Source: Squalus acanthias (taxonomy: Eukaryota). Taken from it: 64,000 nucleotides of DNA. Under the pieces are notes generated by a model. It saw only the letters and a list, made by a program, of their open reading frames with translations, made no database searches and was not told the DNA's origin. The first letter of the stretch is position 1, and each line of letters opens with the position of its first letter. The position numbers and the translations under genes were made by a program. Below, piece after piece: positions 1 to 10,777 of the stretch. Location of the stretch: NCBI GenBank assembly GCA_030390025.1, contig CM059439.1:63550001-63614000 (forward strand). The letters run 5' to 3'.

Positions 1-905
1 TTCGCTGATGATTGCACAGTGTTCAGTTCCATTCGCAACTCCTCAGATAATGAAGCCGTCTATGCCTGCATGCAGCAAGACCTGGACGACATTCAGGCAT
101 GGGCTGATAGGTAGCAAGTAACATTCGCGCCACACAAGTGCCAGGCAATAACTATCTCCAACAAGAGAGAGTCTAACCACCGCCCCTTGACATTCAATGG
201 CATTATCATCATCGAATCCCCCAACATCAACATCCTGAGGGTCACCATTGACCAGAAACTTAACTGAACCAGCCACATAAATACTGTGGCTACAAGAGCA
301 GGTCAGAGGCTGGGTATTCTCTGGCGAGTGTCTCACCTCCTGACTCCCCAAAGCCTTTCCACCATCTACAAGGCACAAGTCAGGAGTGTGATGGAATACT
401 CTCCACTTGCCTGGATGAGTGCAGCTTCAACAACATTCAAGAAGCTCGACACCATCCAGGACAAAGGAGCCCGCTTGATTGGCACTCCATCCACCACTTT
501 AAACATTCATTTATTCCACCACCGGCACACCGTGGCTACAGTGTGTACCATCTACAAGATGCATTGCAGCAACTCGCCAATGTTTCTTTGACAGCACCTC
601 CCAAACTCACGACCTCTACCACCTAGAAGGACAAGGGCATCAGGCGCATGGAAACAACATCACCTCCAAGTTCACCTCCAAGTCACACACCATCTTGACT
701 TGGAAATATATCGCCGTTCCTTCATTGTCGCTGGGTCAAAATCCTGGAACTCCCTCCCTAACAGCACTGTGGGAGTATCTTCACCACATGGACTGCAGCG
801 GTTCAAGAAGGCGGCTCACCACCACCTTCTCAAGGGCAATTAGGGATGGGCAATAAATGCTGGCCTTGCCAGCGATGCCCACATCCCAGGAACGAATAAA
901 AAAAC
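1..905 (+). mobile_element. 3' part of CR1/L2-group non-LTR retrotransposon (RT C-terminus, 3' UTR, A tail)
   Basis: Begins at FADD RT motif (ttcgctgatgat). Same family as 39218-40803. Ends gaacgaataaaaaaa. Confidence 0.85.
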
Positions 906-908
906 TAC

Positions 909-1305
909 CAGCATCACAGCTAGTTCTGGAGCACAGGTCTTCAGCACTACAGCCGGGATGTTGTCGGGGCTCATAGACTTTGCTGTAGCCAGTGTGGTCA
1001 GCCGTTTCTTGATAGCACGTGGAGTGAATCAAATTGACTGAATACTGGATGGTGTGGACCTCACAATGAGGCCGAGATGGATCATCCACTCGGCACTTCT
1101 GACTGAAGATGGTTGCAAATGCTTCAGCCTAGTTTTTTTTATTCACGTACTGGGCTCTGCCATTGTTGAGGACGGGGATGTTCATGGAACCTCCTCCTCC
1201 CATTAGATGTTTAATTGTCCACCACCATTCATGACTGGATGTGGCAGGACGGCAGAGCTTTGATCTGATCTGTTGGTTGTGGGATTGCTTAGATCTGTCC
1301 ATTTA
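909..1305 (-). mobile_element. Inverted internal fragment of the same LINE family
   Basis: Reverse complement resembles 39270-39345 (GPDNIPA-VLKTCAPELA region) and extends upstream of it. Confidence 0.7.
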
Positions 1306-2262
1306 GTCACAAGTGGGATGGCCATGACGCCCACCACCTGGCACCCAATAATCTCCAGCACTCTATTTTCCAGCACAGACAGTGGTTGGGTGTCGGCTTG
1401 TCCCCCGCGTTCCTGCTCCCTCCTGTTGTGAGCCACCTTAGCCTGTAAGAGAAAGTAAGGTGTGTGAGTGAGTGTGGAGCAATGTGTTTGGGTGATGTGT
1501 CTGCCATAGTTGAATAGCTGTCATTGTGTGCAAGGTGTGAGATGTGGGTGTGAGGTAGAGATTGTTGGTGGGTGAGTGCTGGGGGTGTGGTGCTTTGACC
1601 AGTGTGTGCAGACTGTGGTTCAGACAGTGGTATGTAGTATTTGTTTAGACATTCACTCACCCTGACCACCCGAGTGAGGTCGTTAAATTTCTTCCTGCAC
1701 TGTGTGTGGGTCCTGGGGACCACAGTGCTGCCCAAGACCTGATGGGAAACCTCCCTCCACATTGCACAGAAGACTTGCGGCGAGGGCCTCCTGCCACTTG
1801 CCGGGTAGAGCACCACCCTCAGTCTCTCCACAGCGGACACCAACTCCTCCAATGCTTGGTCTGAAAATCTGCGGGCTCTCCCCCTGGGGCGTGGATCTGC
1901 CATGAGTACAGCTGGTTGAGTTGTCCAGCTCCTTGGACTTGGCCTGCTCCTGCTTGCTGACACAGGTTCATAGGCAGCAATGCTGAGAATGAGGTTCTGC
2001 AACATGAATGAACCTCCCCTTTCAGAACTGGAAAGAGCCTGTGGCAATGATGACTTGCGATCAGACTGCACCTGATATTGGTTAGCGCTTTGAGTGTAAC
2101 GCCTCTGAGCTAGGCCGTTAGCGCTTGATTTAGCGCTCCTATCATTTCTTTGAGTGATGACACTGAATTTTGTGTGCAGCGAGAGTCATTAGTGCCTGGC
2201 GCTAAATCTCAAACTTTTCCAAAGTTAGCGCCCATTCCTGGGCTATAATGAATTTCTCCCCC
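1306..2262 (-). mobile_element. Truncated PIF/Harbinger element end carrying a Myb/SANT-like (NAIF1/MSANTD-type) gene fragment
   Basis: Exon 1903-1661 encodes MADPRPRGRARRFSDQALEELV...W...RTHTQCRKKFNDL and ends at a gtgagt donor. Exon from 1442 encodes AKVAHNRREQERGG. TIR-like end aatttctccccc at 2251-2262. Confidence 0.75.
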
Positions 2263-2530
2263 TCTGTTTTAGTGATGTTGATTAAGGGATAAATATTGGC
2301 CAGGACACCAGGGGATAACTCCCCTGCTCTTCTTCGAAATAGTGCCGTGGGATCTTTTACATCTACCTGAGAGGGCAGATGGGGTCTCGGTTTAACATCT
2401 CATCCGAAAGATGGCACTTCCTCAGTACTGCACTGGCATGTCAGCCTAGATTTTTGCGCTCAAGTCTCTGGACTAGGACTTTGAACCCACAACCTTCTGA
2501 CTCAGAGGCGAGGATGCTACTGGCTGACAC
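2263..2530 (-). mobile_element. Deu-domain tRNA-derived SINE (SacSINE1-like), partial
   Basis: Contains the Deu core (gaagaagagcaggggagttatcccc, ggccaatatttatccct) and a tRNA B-box-like head. Confidence 0.8.
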
Positions 2531-2539
2531 ATTATTGAA

Positions 2540-3670
2540 TTTGCTTCCACCACCCTTTCAGGCAGTGCATTCCAGATCAGAACAACTCGCTGCGTAACAT
2601 TTTTTTTCTCATGTTACCTCTGGTTCTTTTGCCAATTGCCTTAAATCTGTGTCCTCTGGTTACCGACCCTTTTGCCATGGGAAACAGTTTCTCCTTATTT
2701 ACTCTATCAAAAGCATTCATGATTTTGAACACTTTTATCAATTCTTCTCTTAACCTTCTCTGCTCGAAGGAGAACAACCCCAGTTTCTTTAGTATCTCCA
2801 AGTCTTTCATCCCTGGTACCATTCTAATAAATTTCCTCTGCACCCTCTCCAAGGCCTTGCATCCTTCTAAAGTGTGGTGCCCAGAATTGGCCACAGTACT
2901 CCAGCTGGGGCCAGTGTTTTCTAAAGGTTTCGCATAACATCCTTGTTTTTGGACTGTATGCCTCTATTTATAAAGCCAAGGATCCTGTAAGCCTTTTTAA
3001 CAGCCTTCTCTACTTGTCCTGCCACCTTCAAAGACTTGTGTACATACACCCCCAGGTCTCTCTGTCCTGCAGCCCCTTTAAAATTGGACCATTTAGTTTA
3101 TATTGCCTCTCCTCATTCTTCCTACCAAAACGAATCACTTCACACTTCTCTACGTAAAATTTCATCTGCTATGAGTCTGCCCATTTTGCCAGTCTGTCTA
3201 TGTCCTCCTAAAGTCTGTTACTATCCTCCTTACTGTTTACTACATTTCCGAATTTCATGTCATCGGCAAACTTTGAAATTTTGCCTTTTATACCCAAATC
3301 CAGGTCATTAATATCAAAAAGAGCAGTGGTTCCAACACTGACCCCTGGGGGACACCACTGCACACTCCCCTCTAGTCTGAAAAGCAACTGTTCACCACTA
3401 CTCTCTGCTTTCTGTCACTTAACCAATTTTGTATCCATGCAGCCCTTTAATCCCATGGGCTTTAATTTTGCTAGCAAGTCTATTATGTGGTATTTTATCA
3501 AACACCTTTTGAAAGTCCAGATACACAACATCAACCGCACTACCCTGATCCACCCTCTCCGTTACTTCATCAAAGAACTTGATCAAGTTAGTCAAACACA
3601 TTTTGCCTTTCACACATCCGTGCTGACTTTCAGTTATTAGCTCATACTTTTCCAAATGCTAATTATTTCC
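2540..3670 (-). mobile_element. CR1 LINE fragment (HER1-like), degraded
   Basis: ORF fragments SQHG..KGK.CLTNLI.FF, VDVVYLDFQK, LERVQRKF.RMVPG. Confidence 0.85.
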
Positions 3671-3802
3671 GCTGGCTCACTCCACACGCAACAAGGAAGT
3701 GGCCCAGTGCACTGGACACAGAAAATATCCCAGGTAAGGTGCAGAAGACCCATGCATCAGAGCTTGCTGCTCCCTGAGCCAAGCTGCTCCAGTGCAATCA
3801 TA

Positions 3803-4475
3803 ACATAAGAACATAAGAATTAGGAGCAGGAGTAGGCCATATGGCCTCTCGAGTCTGCTCCGCCATTCACTAAGATCATGGCTGATCTTTGACCTCAACT
3901 CTACTTTCCTGCCCGATCTCCATATCCCTTGATTCCCCTAGAGTCCAAAAATCTATCTATCTCAGCCTTGAATATACTCAATGACTCAACATCCACAACC
4001 CTTTGGGGTAGAGGATTCCAAAGATTCGCAATCTTCTGAGTGAATAAATTCCTCTTCATCTCAGTTTTAAATGGCCGACCCCTTATCCAGAGACTATGCC
4101 CCCCAGTTCTAGACTCTCCAGCCAGGGGAAACAACTTCTAGGCATCTACCTTGTCAATCCCCCTCAGAATCTTATATGTTTCAATGAGGTCACCTCTCAT
4201 TCTTCTAAACTCCAGAGAGTATAGGCCCAATCTACTCAATCTCTCCTCATAGGACAACCGTCTCATCCCAGGAATCAATCAAGTGAACCTTCGTTACACC
4301 ACCTCCAAGACAAGTATATCCTTCCTCAGATAAGGAGACCAAAACTGTGCACAGTACTCCAGGTGTGGTCTCACCAAAGCCCTGTACAATTGTAGCAAGA
4401 CTTCCCTACTCTTATACTCCAACCCTCTTGCAATAATGGCCAAAATGCCATTTGCCTTCCTAATTGATTCCTAAT
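3803..4475 (-). mobile_element. CR1 LINE 3' end with (TTCTTATG)n-type tail
   Basis: MFPLAGESRTGGHSL...NLWNPLPQ. Tail cataagaacataagaa on the + strand. Confidence 0.85.
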
Positions 4476-4573
4476 GACAATGGCAACTACCTGTTGATGT
4501 AGAGGGTCACCTAGAAAAGCAAGATAAGTCTAACAGGGCCATGTATGACCTGCCCTGTCGACCCCCTTCTAAT

Positions 4574-5063
4574 ACACTGCTCCACGGAAGCTCAGCGTAA
4601 GCTCGAGGAACAGCACCTCATCTTTCGTTTAGGCACGCTACAGCCCTCTGGACTCAATATCGAGTTCAACAATTTTAGATCATAACCTCAGCTCCAATCA
4701 CATTTATATTTTATTTTATCCACCCTTTTATTTGTCCCCCCCACCTTTTTTTTCCTCCTAGAAGCTGGCAGCTGTCCTTCATTCTGCCAGTAGATTTCAC
4801 ACTTCATTCAGCCTTAATCTGTCACATTAACACCACCTCTAGCCTTGCATATCTCTTAATGTCTCTTAATGTCTCTTCATCTCCTCCTTTGTTCCTTTAT
4901 CCCCTCCCCCTTTTCCCAGCTTTACCCTGGCCTTAAATCTATTTGATTTCCAGCTCTTCCCAGTTCTGATGAAAGGTCATCGACCTGAAACGTCAACTCT
5001 CTTTCTCTCTCCACGGATGCTGCCTGGCCTGCTGAGTTTTTCCAGCGTTTTCTGTTGTTATTT
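4574..5063 (+). mobile_element. 5'-truncated Penelope-like element 3' end (GIY-YIG tail plus pLTR)
   Basis: Encodes EAQRKLEEQHLIFRLGTLQPSGLNIEF. 12-bp TSD cccccttctaat at 4562-4573 and 5064-5075. Confidence 0.85.
4961..4998 (+). ncRNA. Minimal type I hammerhead ribozyme (canonical GUC site)
   Basis: AGUU-CUGAUGA-A-AGGUC(AUC)GACCU-GAAAC-GUC|AACU: full core, stem II hairpin, stem I AGUU/AACU. Confidence 0.8.
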
Positions 5064-5094
5064 CCCCCTTCTAATCATCAGTTGAGTGATAACA

Positions 5095-5725
5095 CATAAA
5101 CTGCTGGAAATGCTCAGCAAGTCAGGCAGCATCTGTGGAAAGAGAAGCAGAGTTAATGTTTCAGGTCGATGCTCTTTCATCAGAACGTGAAACATTTACT
5201 CTGTTACTAGTGTCAGCTGTGGCTCAGTTGGTAGCACACTCACCTCTGCGTCAGAAGGTTTGTGGGTTCAAGTCCCACTCCAGGGATATATGCAGTGCTG
5301 AGGGAGTGCTGAACTGTTGGAGGTGCCGTCTTTCGGATGAGACGTTAAACCGAGGCCCCATCTGCTCTCTCAGGTAAAAGATCCCATGCCACTATTTTAA
5401 AGAACAGCAGGGAGTTATCCCCCGGAACCTGGCCAATATTTATCCCTCAACCAACATAACAAAAAAACAGATTATCTGGTCATTATCACATTGCTGTTTG
5501 TGGGGCCTTGCTGTGCGCAAATTGGCTGCCGTGTTTCCCACATAACAACAGTAACTCCACTTCAAAAGTACTTCATTGGCTGTAAAGCGCTTTGAGACGT
5601 CTGGTGGTCGTGAAAGGCGCTATATCAATGCAAGTGTTTCTTTCTCTTTCCGTAAATGCTGCCTGATTTGCTGCGTGTTTCCAGCATTTTATATCAGATC
5701 AGATATCGGCAGTATTTTGTTTTTG
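5095..5725. mobile_element. Fold-back Penelope pLTR derivative interrupted by a SINE; degenerate hammerhead on - strand at 5151-5186
   Basis: Inverted arms gctggaaa..cagca..caggcagcat / atgctgcctg..tgctg..tttccagc lie on either side of the SINE. Confidence 0.7.
5212..5645 (+). mobile_element. Near full-length Deu-domain SINE (SacSINE1-like)
   Basis: A box tggctcagttgg, B box ggttcaagtcc, Deu core, L2-like tail aaggcgctatat..atgcaagt. Confidence 0.85.
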
Positions 5726-5937
5726 AATCAGTGATAGTAGGAATCAGCAATAGTGCCATCAGACAACACCACTGAGCTATTCACCAATGCTAAGTTCAAG
5801 TTGACTAGTGGGCCTTTTCAAAAATGTGATCCAATGAATGGGCGATGCAAGATCATGTGGGGTGCTGTAGCCATTTCTCTGAGGCTGAATTTGACAAATC
5901 CACAGCATTGATTATTTTACATAATTTGAGCTGCAAG

Positions 5938-7320
5938 GTCCCCGGTCTCTCTCACCCCTCCGGTCCCCTCTCTCTTCCCCCTCCGATCTCCAGTCTCTAC
6001 CTTCCCCCCTCAGGTCCCCTCGCTCCCTCTCCCTCCTCTGGTCCCCTCTCTCTCTCTCCCTCCTCCGGTTCCCTTTCTCTCCCTCTCCCTCCTCTGGTCC
6101 CCTCTCTCTCTCTCCCTCCTCCGGTTCCCTTTCTCTCTCTCTCCCTCCTCCGGTCCCCTTTCTCTCTCTCTCCCTCCTCCGGTCCCCTCTCTCTCTTCCC
6201 CCTCCAATCCCCAGTCTCCCTCCCCCCTCCGGTCCCCTCTCTCCCTCCCTCTCCCCTCTGGTCCCCTCTGTCTCCCTCCCCCCTCCGATCCCCTCTCTCT
6301 CTCTCTCCCTCCTCCGGTCCCCTCTCTCCCTCCCCCCTCCGATCCCCTCTCTCTCCCTCCTCCTATCCCCTCTCTCTCCCTCCTCCGATCCCCCCTCTCT
6401 CTCTCTCCCTCCCCCCTCCGATCCCCTCTCTCTCTCTCCTCCGGTCCCCTTTCTCTCTCTCTCCCTCCTCCGGTCCCCTTTCTCTCTCTCTCCCTCCTCC
6501 GGTCCCCTTTCTCTCTCTCTCCCTCCTCCGGTCCCTTCTCTCCCTCCCCCCTCCGGTCCCCTCTCTCTCTTCCTCCTCTGGTCCCCACTCTCCCTCCCTC
6601 CTCCGGTCCCCCCTCTCTCTCTCCCTCCTCCGGTCCCCTCTCTCTCTCTCCCTCCTCCGGTCCCCACTCACTCCCTCCCTCCTCCGGTCCCCACTCACTC
6701 TCCCCCCTCCGGTCCCCTCTCTCTCCTCCAGTCCCCTCTCTCCCTCCCCACTCCGGTCTCCTCTCTCCCGCCCCACTCTGGTCCCAGTCCCCTCTCTCCC
6801 TCCCCCCTCCGGTTCCCTTTCTCTCCCCCCCCCCCCCCAACGCTCTCTTCCCCGTCCCCTCTCTGATCCCCTGTCTCCCTCCCTCCTCCAATTTCCTCTC
6901 TCCCTCCCTCGGTACCCTCTCTTCCCCCAGTCCCCTCTCTCTCCCCCCTCCGATCCCGTCTCCCAGGCCCGTCCAATTCCCTCTCTCTCTCCCTCCAATC
7001 CCTTCTGATCCCCTCTCTCTCCCTCCTCCGGTCCCCTCTCTCTCTCTCTCTCTCCCTCCTCCGGTCCCCTCTCTCTCACACACCCCTCCAATCCCCTCTT
7101 TCCCCCCCAGTCCCCTCTCTCCCCCCTCCGATCCCCTCTCCCTTCCCTCCTCCGGTCCACTCTCTCTCTCCCCCCTCCGATCCCCTCTTTCCCTCCCCCC
7201 TCCGGACCCCTTTCTCCCTCCGGTCCCCTCTTCTCTCTTCCCCCTCCAATCCCCAGTCTCCCTCCCCCCTCTGGTCCCCTCTCTCCCTCCCCCTCCGGTC
7301 CCCTCTCTCCCCCCACCCCC
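5938..7320. repeat. Polypyrimidine minisatellite, unit approximately (CT)n-CCCTCCTCCGGTCCC, about 20-28 bp; resumes at 8256-8345
   Basis: Directly visible. It generates the low-complexity Pro/Ser/Leu and Gly/Glu/Arg ORFs. Confidence 0.95.
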
Positions 7321-7321
7321 C

Positions 7322-8255
7322 GGTAAGAAATAGCTGCTAGACTCAAAAATGGGGTTTTGATTCTTAGAACAGAGACTGATAACAAACTGAAGAGTTGCGG
7401 CCGGGAATGCATGGCAGGAATGTCAGCAAGGTCAGATAACAAGCACAAAAAGACAAATGGCCGAGGCCAGGGCATGGAAGTGATAAGGGAGTCGTAAAAT
7501 GCAAGACAACACAAGATGGTAGAATGATAGTTAGACAATATGGAGCCAGAAAGTCATAAAATGTCCTTAAAGAAACATAACAAGACATTCCTCAGAAAGA
7601 TAAGAGGAAGGCCTTGTCAGCCATGATTGACACCAGGTAATCACCAGCCCACCGAAATAACATATAAAATAGGGGACCGAGAAAGAAATAGTCAGACAGC
7701 TAGGGGCGAAGGCTTCCTCAAGGTGGAAATCAATGCTGGCTTATGCCTAACACCTCGAGGGACGAACTAACAGAAGTGACCAATACAAAAGCAAAATACT
7801 GCGGATGCTGGAAATCTGAAATAAAAAAAGAAAATGCTGGAAATACTCAGCAGGTCAGGCAGCATCTATGGAGAGAGAAACGGAGTTAACGTTTCAGGTC
7901 GATGACCCTTTGTCAGAACTGGAAAAAGCTGGAGATAGAACAGGTTTTTAAAAGAGACAAACGGAAATCTCGTCGGAGAGAAGAGCAGAACTTCTTCAAG
8001 GTGGGCATTCTTAGAACAGAAGTGACTGTTGCTGTAAGCTGCAGAGATCCGCCGACCCGAGACCTCCACACTGTCTCATTGGGCTTCGGGGGTCGTAGAT
8101 CGCTCTCTACTGTCATGGGTTGTATGACTATTATACTTATCTTAACCACATGTAATATCTGATTATGCTTTAAACTGTAGCTCTTTAATAAAAAGCCTTA
8201 CAACTCCTAAGACCCTTTGGGTAATGTGTGTGTGACCTGTGATCTAAACCCTCCA
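7322..8255 (+). mobile_element. Probable solo LTR inserted in the CT-rich repeat
   Basis: Unique sequence interrupting the repeat. TATA (catataaaa, about 7661), AATAAA (about 8186), GT-rich tract, CA end. No clean TG start or TSD. Confidence 0.5.
7781..8014 (-). mobile_element. Internally deleted Penelope mini-element (ORF start fused to pLTR end); hammerhead at 7884-7920 with CUGACAA core mutation
   Basis: MPTLKKFCSSLRRDFRLSL matches the start of the 57057 ORF. Flanked by aacagaagtgac at 7769-7780 and 8015-8026. Confidence 0.8.
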
Positions 8256-8339
8256 GTCCACTCTCTCCCCCACCTCCGGTCCTCTCACCCTCCACCTTCC
8301 GATTTCCTCTCTCTTCCCCACCCCCGGATCCAGTGACCC

Positions 8340-8580
8340 TCTCCTTACGGAACCGAAGAAAGCGCGGCCCAAACGGCAGGCCACAACTATTTAGTACTGC
8401 GCAGGCGCAGAAGGCCGCAGCGATGTTGGCGCAATCACTCCGTTTGGGTCACAATGAGAGTGAGCGGACTGCGCCTGCGCGAGTTCTCCCCCCATGGAGC
8501 GGTTCGTGCTGAGGGGCAGCGCCGCCGGCCCAGCGCAGCCGGCCAAGGTTTACCGCCAGGCAACGCTCGAGTCTTTAAAG
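8340..8580. promoter_or_regulatory. CpG-rich TATA-less promoter of TCEANC2 with two NRF1-type motifs
   Basis: High CpG density. TGCGCAGGCGCA at 8398-8409 and TGCGCCTGCGC at 8470-8480. Confidence 0.75.
8494..8580 (+). CDS. TCEANC2: TCEANC2 coding exon 1 (MERFVLRGSAAGPAQPAKVYRQATLESLK)
   Basis: Resembles recalled vertebrate N-terminus MDKFVIR...KVYKQATIESLK. Phase-0 donor aag|gtgaag. Missing from the ORF track. Confidence 0.9.
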
Positions 8581-9705
8581 GTGAAGTCCAGAGCTTCTCA
8601 ATTGCGCGGTGGTTTGTAGATGGTGTAAGCTTAAAATCTGGTGTTTGTAAACCCGTGAATCATAGGCCGATCGCAGGTTCCTCGATTTCCTTGAAGACTT
8701 CTCACTGAAGTCTTTTCTGTGTGAGCTTGTTTTGTTCACATTTCCCGGTAATCCTTTGCCGAAGGAGGAAGAAAAACTATTCGTGGTCAGCCAAAAGATT
8801 CTTCTGTGTGGGTATATTTTTTAAGTCTTAATCGTTTTGAGGATCCAGGAGAGACTAGAGTTATGAGTTAATTGTAGTTGCAGATCAATACAGTATGCAA
8901 AATGAACTGTGCAAGTGACCTAGAGGATGGAAAATAGTTTTGGATGGAACGGATGAGGATCTGCACTATTGGTATGAAGGAGGCTCCAAGCACATCTCTT
9001 TGGGCACAGGTATTGGCAGCAAGAACATTTGGTGTTTCAGGAGACCTTTCTGCAGGCAAAAGACACTGCATGAAAAGGGCCCTCGAAACAAGATCTTTCT
9101 TGAAAGTAAATGCTCTTGGGAACAGATGTTGGATTGGAAATGGAAAAATGAATAAAGTCTTTGTTATCGAGTACCAGTTGATTGTTTCTCAACATTTCTG
9201 TCGTGGCCTTGAGTTGCCTGAAAGGTAAAACAATTATGATTTGTTTGAAAACAAATTTGAAAATGCCTCAAAAGATGATAATTAAAATAGAGAAAGTAAA
9301 AACTAATTACATGACAAATGAAAGCTTCCAGGAGTAGATTTAAAATGTGAATGAAATTTGGGGCAAAGACTAGACCAAAATATGGTCTTATGAAAACCAA
9401 TAAAAATAAGATTAAAATTAAAAAACAAAGACAAAATTAAAGTTAATTTTATGGAACTAAAACATCATTCCCAACTCATTCCCTTATTACTCTGTACTGC
9501 CAGATATAAAATTTGTATACATATACCATAGCCCAGTAATTTGAAAACACAGGGAAAATACATTTTACTCTGTGATTTGAATCAAGAATGCCCATGTTCA
9601 TAAGATGTAAAATAGTCCCTATTGATTCCTCTCCAAAATCTTAAACACATTTACACTGAAGTAGTGTTTAAGTGGTAAATTATGTGTTTTTTATTCTCAA
9701 AACAG

Positions 9706-9847
9706 AGGGTTGTGGTGATTGAAGATATTAAGAGATTTAAATCTATATTGGAACTGCCTAGTCAAACAAAGGAAAACTTAATGGAAGCATTACTAGAACT
9801 AAAGAAGAAAATACCATCTCAAGAAGTGTTACGCTCAACTAAAATAG
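9706..9847 (+). CDS. TCEANC2: TCEANC2 coding exon 2 (TFIIS N-terminal-like domain start)
   Basis: cag|[48 protein letters not shown]|gtaaag, 142 bp. Confidence 0.95.
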
Positions 9848-10342
9848 GTAAAGATTATAATGGTACAGTTTTTTGTTTTCAACATTGTAATTTTTCTTCT
9901 GCTAAAATCTTTAAAATGTTGACATTGGATTAAATTATGTCTTTGTAACTTGTTATTTGCATTATTAAAATTGTGCTTGTGCTGCTTATGCCTTTCGAAT
10001 CCAATATTTTGAAGTGTGGCTCATTCCACAGTACCAGTAGGGGAATCAAAACTGGATTGGTGGATTTTTTATCACTGCTGTTGATGCCATTAATTGAGGA
10101 AAAAGAATAGTTTGGGAATTCCTCCAATTTTGTCTCACTGTTTTCCCTCACCCTAAGGGAGAGGTGTCCAAGCATTTTGTTTTCAAGGGCTGTATATACA
10201 AGGGCTCAAGTTGCTGATACTAACGGATGTTGGTATTCTGATTAGAAGTTAATCATCAATAAGGCTACAGACCTTTCCAAACCTCAATTGAAAACAGCAC
10301 AAACCTGCAAATAAGAGATATAAGCACAAATAGGAATGAGTT

Positions 10343-10545
10343 ACAAAGATAAAATACTGCAGATGGTGGAAATCTGAAACATAAACAGAAAATGCTAGAA
10401 ATACTCAGCAGGTCAGGCAGCATCTGTGGAAAGAGAAACAGAGTTCACGTTTCAGGTTGGTGAAAGGACTGAAATGTTAACTCTGTTTCTCTCTTCACAG
10501 ATACTGCCTGACCTGGTGAGTATTTCCAGCATTTTGTGTTTATAT
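10343..10545. mobile_element. About 200-bp fold-back mini-element made from the Penelope pLTR end
   Basis: Inverted arms of about 75 bp. 14-bp TSD aataggaatgagtt at 10329-10342 and 10546-10559. Confidence 0.85.
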
Positions 10546-10777
10546 AATAGGAATGAGTTGCCTGGGCTTTCAGGACAGGGATTGCCCAAGCTTGGCAGTC
10601 GCCTGTTTAGACAATCTGAACTAAGGAGATGTAGAAATTTGCTACTGCAAAATTCTTCACCTACTGGCCTAACTATTGGATGGGAAAGCTGTTTATTGAG
10701 AAGAGTGGATGTATAATGACAGCGTAGGTTTCACACATGGACTCTGGGCAATCAGTTGTACAAACACTTTCATGTTA

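Noticed and set aside
5212-5285. tRNA genes (here and at other SINE heads)
   Set aside because: A/B boxes are SINE promoters followed by SINE bodies, with no complete cloverleaf.
5845-7538. Long ORFs of 251-391 aa (extensin-like or Gly/Glu/Arg-rich)
   Set aside because: By-products of a CT minisatellite that lacks stop codons in several frames.
8454-8708. 84-aa ORF over the promoter
   Set aside because: Out of frame with TCEANC2 and runs into the intron. At most an upstream ATG.
9148-9224. MNKVFVIE... with a donor-like aag|gtaaaa as TCEANC2 first coding exon
   Set aside because: A phase-0 join has an in-frame TGA. The exon at 8494-8580 matches far better.
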